A DNA stretch of 64,000 bases from a marine group bacterium Sva0996 bin134 (lineage in GTDB: Bacteria; Actinomycetota; Acidimicrobiia; Acidimicrobiales; Bin134). The first letter of the stretch is position 1. Each line of letters starts with the position of its first letter. The position numbers and the translations under genes were made by a program. Location of the stretch: NCBI GenBank assembly GCA_002239105.1, contig MPNQ01000017.1:378-64377 (forward strand). The letters are read 5' to 3'. The notes beneath the pieces are model-generated. The model did no database searches. It was not told the DNA's origin and saw only the letters and a program-made list of their open reading frames with translations. This document shows, in pieces, positions 63,597-64,000 of this stretch.

Positions 63597-63642
63597 TTGC
63601 GACCGGTCGGAGCGGGCTGGTGGGGGGCTTGCGACCGGTCGC
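63597..63642. repeat. Two copies of TTGCGACCGGTCG, including the perfect 12-bp palindrome GCGACCGGTCGC.
   Basis: The copies are at 63597-63609 and 63629-63642. The flanking TTTTCGGTT also matches the reverse complement of 62681-62689. Confidence 0.8.
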
Positions 63643-63791
63643 GGCCGGCGGAGTGCTGCATGATGACGGGCATGAGAGCGGCTTTCAGCCTTCAACGCGC
63701 GGCGGGGTGTGGCCGTGCTGGTGTTGGCGGGGCCGGGGTGCGGGCCGCGTTGGATGGTTGTTTCTCACATCGGCTCTGGCATATTTCTCGT

Positions 63792-64000
63792 ATGGGCTCT
63801 GTAGAGGTTCTGGGCGGTCTGGGACCGGTGTTCTCGACGAGGGAGTTCGAGCAGGCGGCTGGGGTGCGCCCGTCTTCGGCGTCGCGGGCTTTGGGGGAGT
63901 TGGCGGTCGGGGGCAGGGTGGAGAGGATCCGCCGGGGGACGTGGCGCAACTTCAGTGTGGCGTGGCCCTCGGCGTCGGATCTGTTGGTCGGTTCGGGCCC
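63792..64000 (+). CDS. Second AbiEi-like antitoxin, N-terminal part (runs off the window).
   Basis: ATG 63792. GPVFSTREFEQAAGVRPSSASRALGELAVGGRVERIRRGTW fits the AbiEi N-terminal wHTH pattern (..F....L.......S..L..L...G.L.R..RG.Y). It is not in the ORF track because no stop is reached. Confidence 0.55.
   Translation, partial: MGSVEVLGGLGPVFSTREFEQAAGVRPSSASRALGELAVGGRVERIRRGTWRNFSVAWPSASDLLVGSG

Noticed and set aside
63155-63673. 172-aa minus-strand ORF (P/T/Q/R-rich) and overlapping ORFs 63381..63695 and 63457..63663.
   Set aside because: These are low-complexity translations that simply mirror the G+T/A+C-skewed DNA. They have no start context and mutually overlapping frames.
1-64000. CRISPR arrays, rRNA genes, integrases/recombinases and intact insertion sequences.
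   Set aside because: None was seen. There are no regularly spaced direct repeats, no rRNA-like conserved stretches, and only a decayed IS3 fragment.

Overview
This is a high-GC actinobacterial-type chromosome segment. Supporting signs are a mycothiol-dependent MDMPI-type enzyme, a mycoredoxin, an Rpf-like muralytic gene, many GTG starts and 4-nt start/stop overlaps. The core (about 2.3-59.4 kb) is densely packed housekeeping and lipid/acyl-CoA metabolism: two acyl-CoA ligases, an acyl-CoA dehydrogenase, a thiolase, two crotonases, a CoA-transferase and six SDR paralogues. It also carries hemH, dxs, tldD/pmbA, uppP, MTAP, plsY, moeA-moaA-moaC, rsgA, an NfuA-like gene, an ABC-2 exporter, a UvrD/HRDC helicase and one tRNA-Ala(CGC). 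Both window ends look accessory. The left end has a Ca-binding-repeat surface protein tail with a coupled small membrane protein, and a MazF-type TA cassette. The right end has a second, inverted, near-identical copy of that cassette, a decayed IS3 transposase fragment, an AbiEi/AbiEii pair, an orphan HTH gene, odd repeats and a second AbiEi-like gene. The most unusual items follow. (1) An 799-aa GAF-PAS-kinase-receiver-wHTH fusion in which both the phospho-acceptor His and Asp are substituted; it sits next to a 33% GC control region full of TGACAT repeats and a PAS-LuxR gene. (2) The two inverted TA cassettes bracket 57 kb. (3) A 168-nt element is closed by a 22-bp helix. (4) A TIGR03662/TIGR03663-like pair of membrane proteins has unknown function. 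No rRNA or CRISPR array was seen.
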